Shown: positions 63,273 to 64,000 of the stretch, one piece after another | How the letters are laid out: every line of letters begins with the position of its first letter | Position numbering within the stretch: position 1 is the first letter of the stretch | Source of the DNA: Orbicella franksi | Lineage: Eukaryota | Length of the DNA stretch: 64,000 nucleotides | Direction: 5' to 3' | Assembly: GCA_964199315.1 (NCBI GenBank) | Contig: OZ116707.1 | Location: 30,690,001 to 30,754,000 of the forward strand | Program-made: the position numbers and the translations under genes | The notes under the pieces: generated by a model | What the model was told of the DNA's origin: nothing | Database searches by the model: none | The model's input: only the letters and a program-made list of their open reading frames with translations

Positions 63273-63759
63273 ATGTGTTATGAACTCTTCAGAGGACGTC
63301 GTGCTACTTTTATAACTTTCTTTGTTATCCAAGTACTTTTCTGCACAGGTAGGTCAAAAGATCACAATAGACGAACTATTAACAGATTAAGTGCTCCAAT
63401 TCTTAGTTTCGAATGAGAAATCTACCATTATTATTTTGCTTGTTTTCATCTCAAAGGCTTAAATGGAAGTTCGCATTCGTGGCGTGATCCAAGAGAGTGT
63501 CTCCCGGTGGCTACGTTTGATAATACCGTTATTTCCTCTTCTCACAATATGACAATGGCAAGTCACTGGCTTGGGCATCATAAGAACCTTTCAAGTTGTG
63601 TTCTACACTGCTGTGACACAGAAAACTGTGATGTAGTGCTGTTCGATGGCCACTCCTGTTACAGCGTGTTTTGTTCAACGGAAGACGTTTGTCGCTTTCA
63701 AACAGCAGTGCAAGGACAAAGGTCATTTCAGGCTGTGTTGTTAAACAATGCGTTTAAAA
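63273..63759 (+). CDS. Signal peptide + MANEC/MANSC-domain protein (first two coding exons; probably continues beyond the window)
   Basis: Exon 63273-63348 MCYELFRGRRATFITFFVIQVLFCT with donor G|GTAGGT. Acceptor CTCAAAG| at 63456. Exon 63457-63759 contains CVLHCCDTENCDVVLFDGHSCYSVFCSTEDVC and ends at donor A|GTAAGT (phase 1-1). Confidence 0.8.
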
Positions 63760-64000
63760 GTAAGTTACGGCAACTTCTGATCAGTCGGTTATGGAAACTG
63801 CTTCCTTAATCTGACCACGCTAAGTATGCTCTATGTAATATTTGTGTAAGCTCTTATGTTGAAAACACATTTCAGGTTTCATATTAACAGCAGAGTACTT
63901 TAATAATATTCCCACAAACATGAAGGGGAACAAAGTTTGAATGAAACGAAATATTGGTAAAAGAAGTGTTTGACCCATAAGAACGGGTACCAGTACCGTA

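Overview
Eukaryotic, AT-rich, intron-rich animal DNA. It most likely comes from an anthozoan cnidarian such as a stony coral; this is inferred from repeat types and gene content, not from a database search. Four spliced protein-coding genes were reconstructed by hand from splice signals and reading-frame continuity. (1) 781-13461 (+): a 14-exon, ~1806-aa secreted protein combining a MANEC domain, a huge acidic Ser-Gly-rich region, two PAN/Apple domains and a GH116 (GBA2-family) glycosidase. It needs two GC-AG introns and carries a minimal hammerhead-like ribozyme in an intron. (2) 22642-57661 (+): a complete 44-exon, ~1894-aa Cav2-type voltage-gated calcium channel alpha1 subunit with an EEEE filter, AID, EF/IQ region and C-terminal ETWC. 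It has two U12-type minor-spliceosome introns, a 660-bp near-perfect palindrome in the last intron and a 66-codon open frame past a UGA-C stop. (3,4) Two head-to-head signal-peptide+MANEC genes at 60878-61302 (-) and 63273-63759+ (+). Introns and the 13.5-22.6 kb intergenic gap hold many non-autonomous DNA transposons (Kolobok-, piggyBac-, Tc1/mariner-, Harbinger-like), LINE fragments (one with a decayed 2A-like motif), Penelope-like hammerhead remnants and microsatellites. No CRISPR, rRNA or intact tRNA is supported. All coordinates were counted by eye and should be confirmed with RNA-seq alignment.
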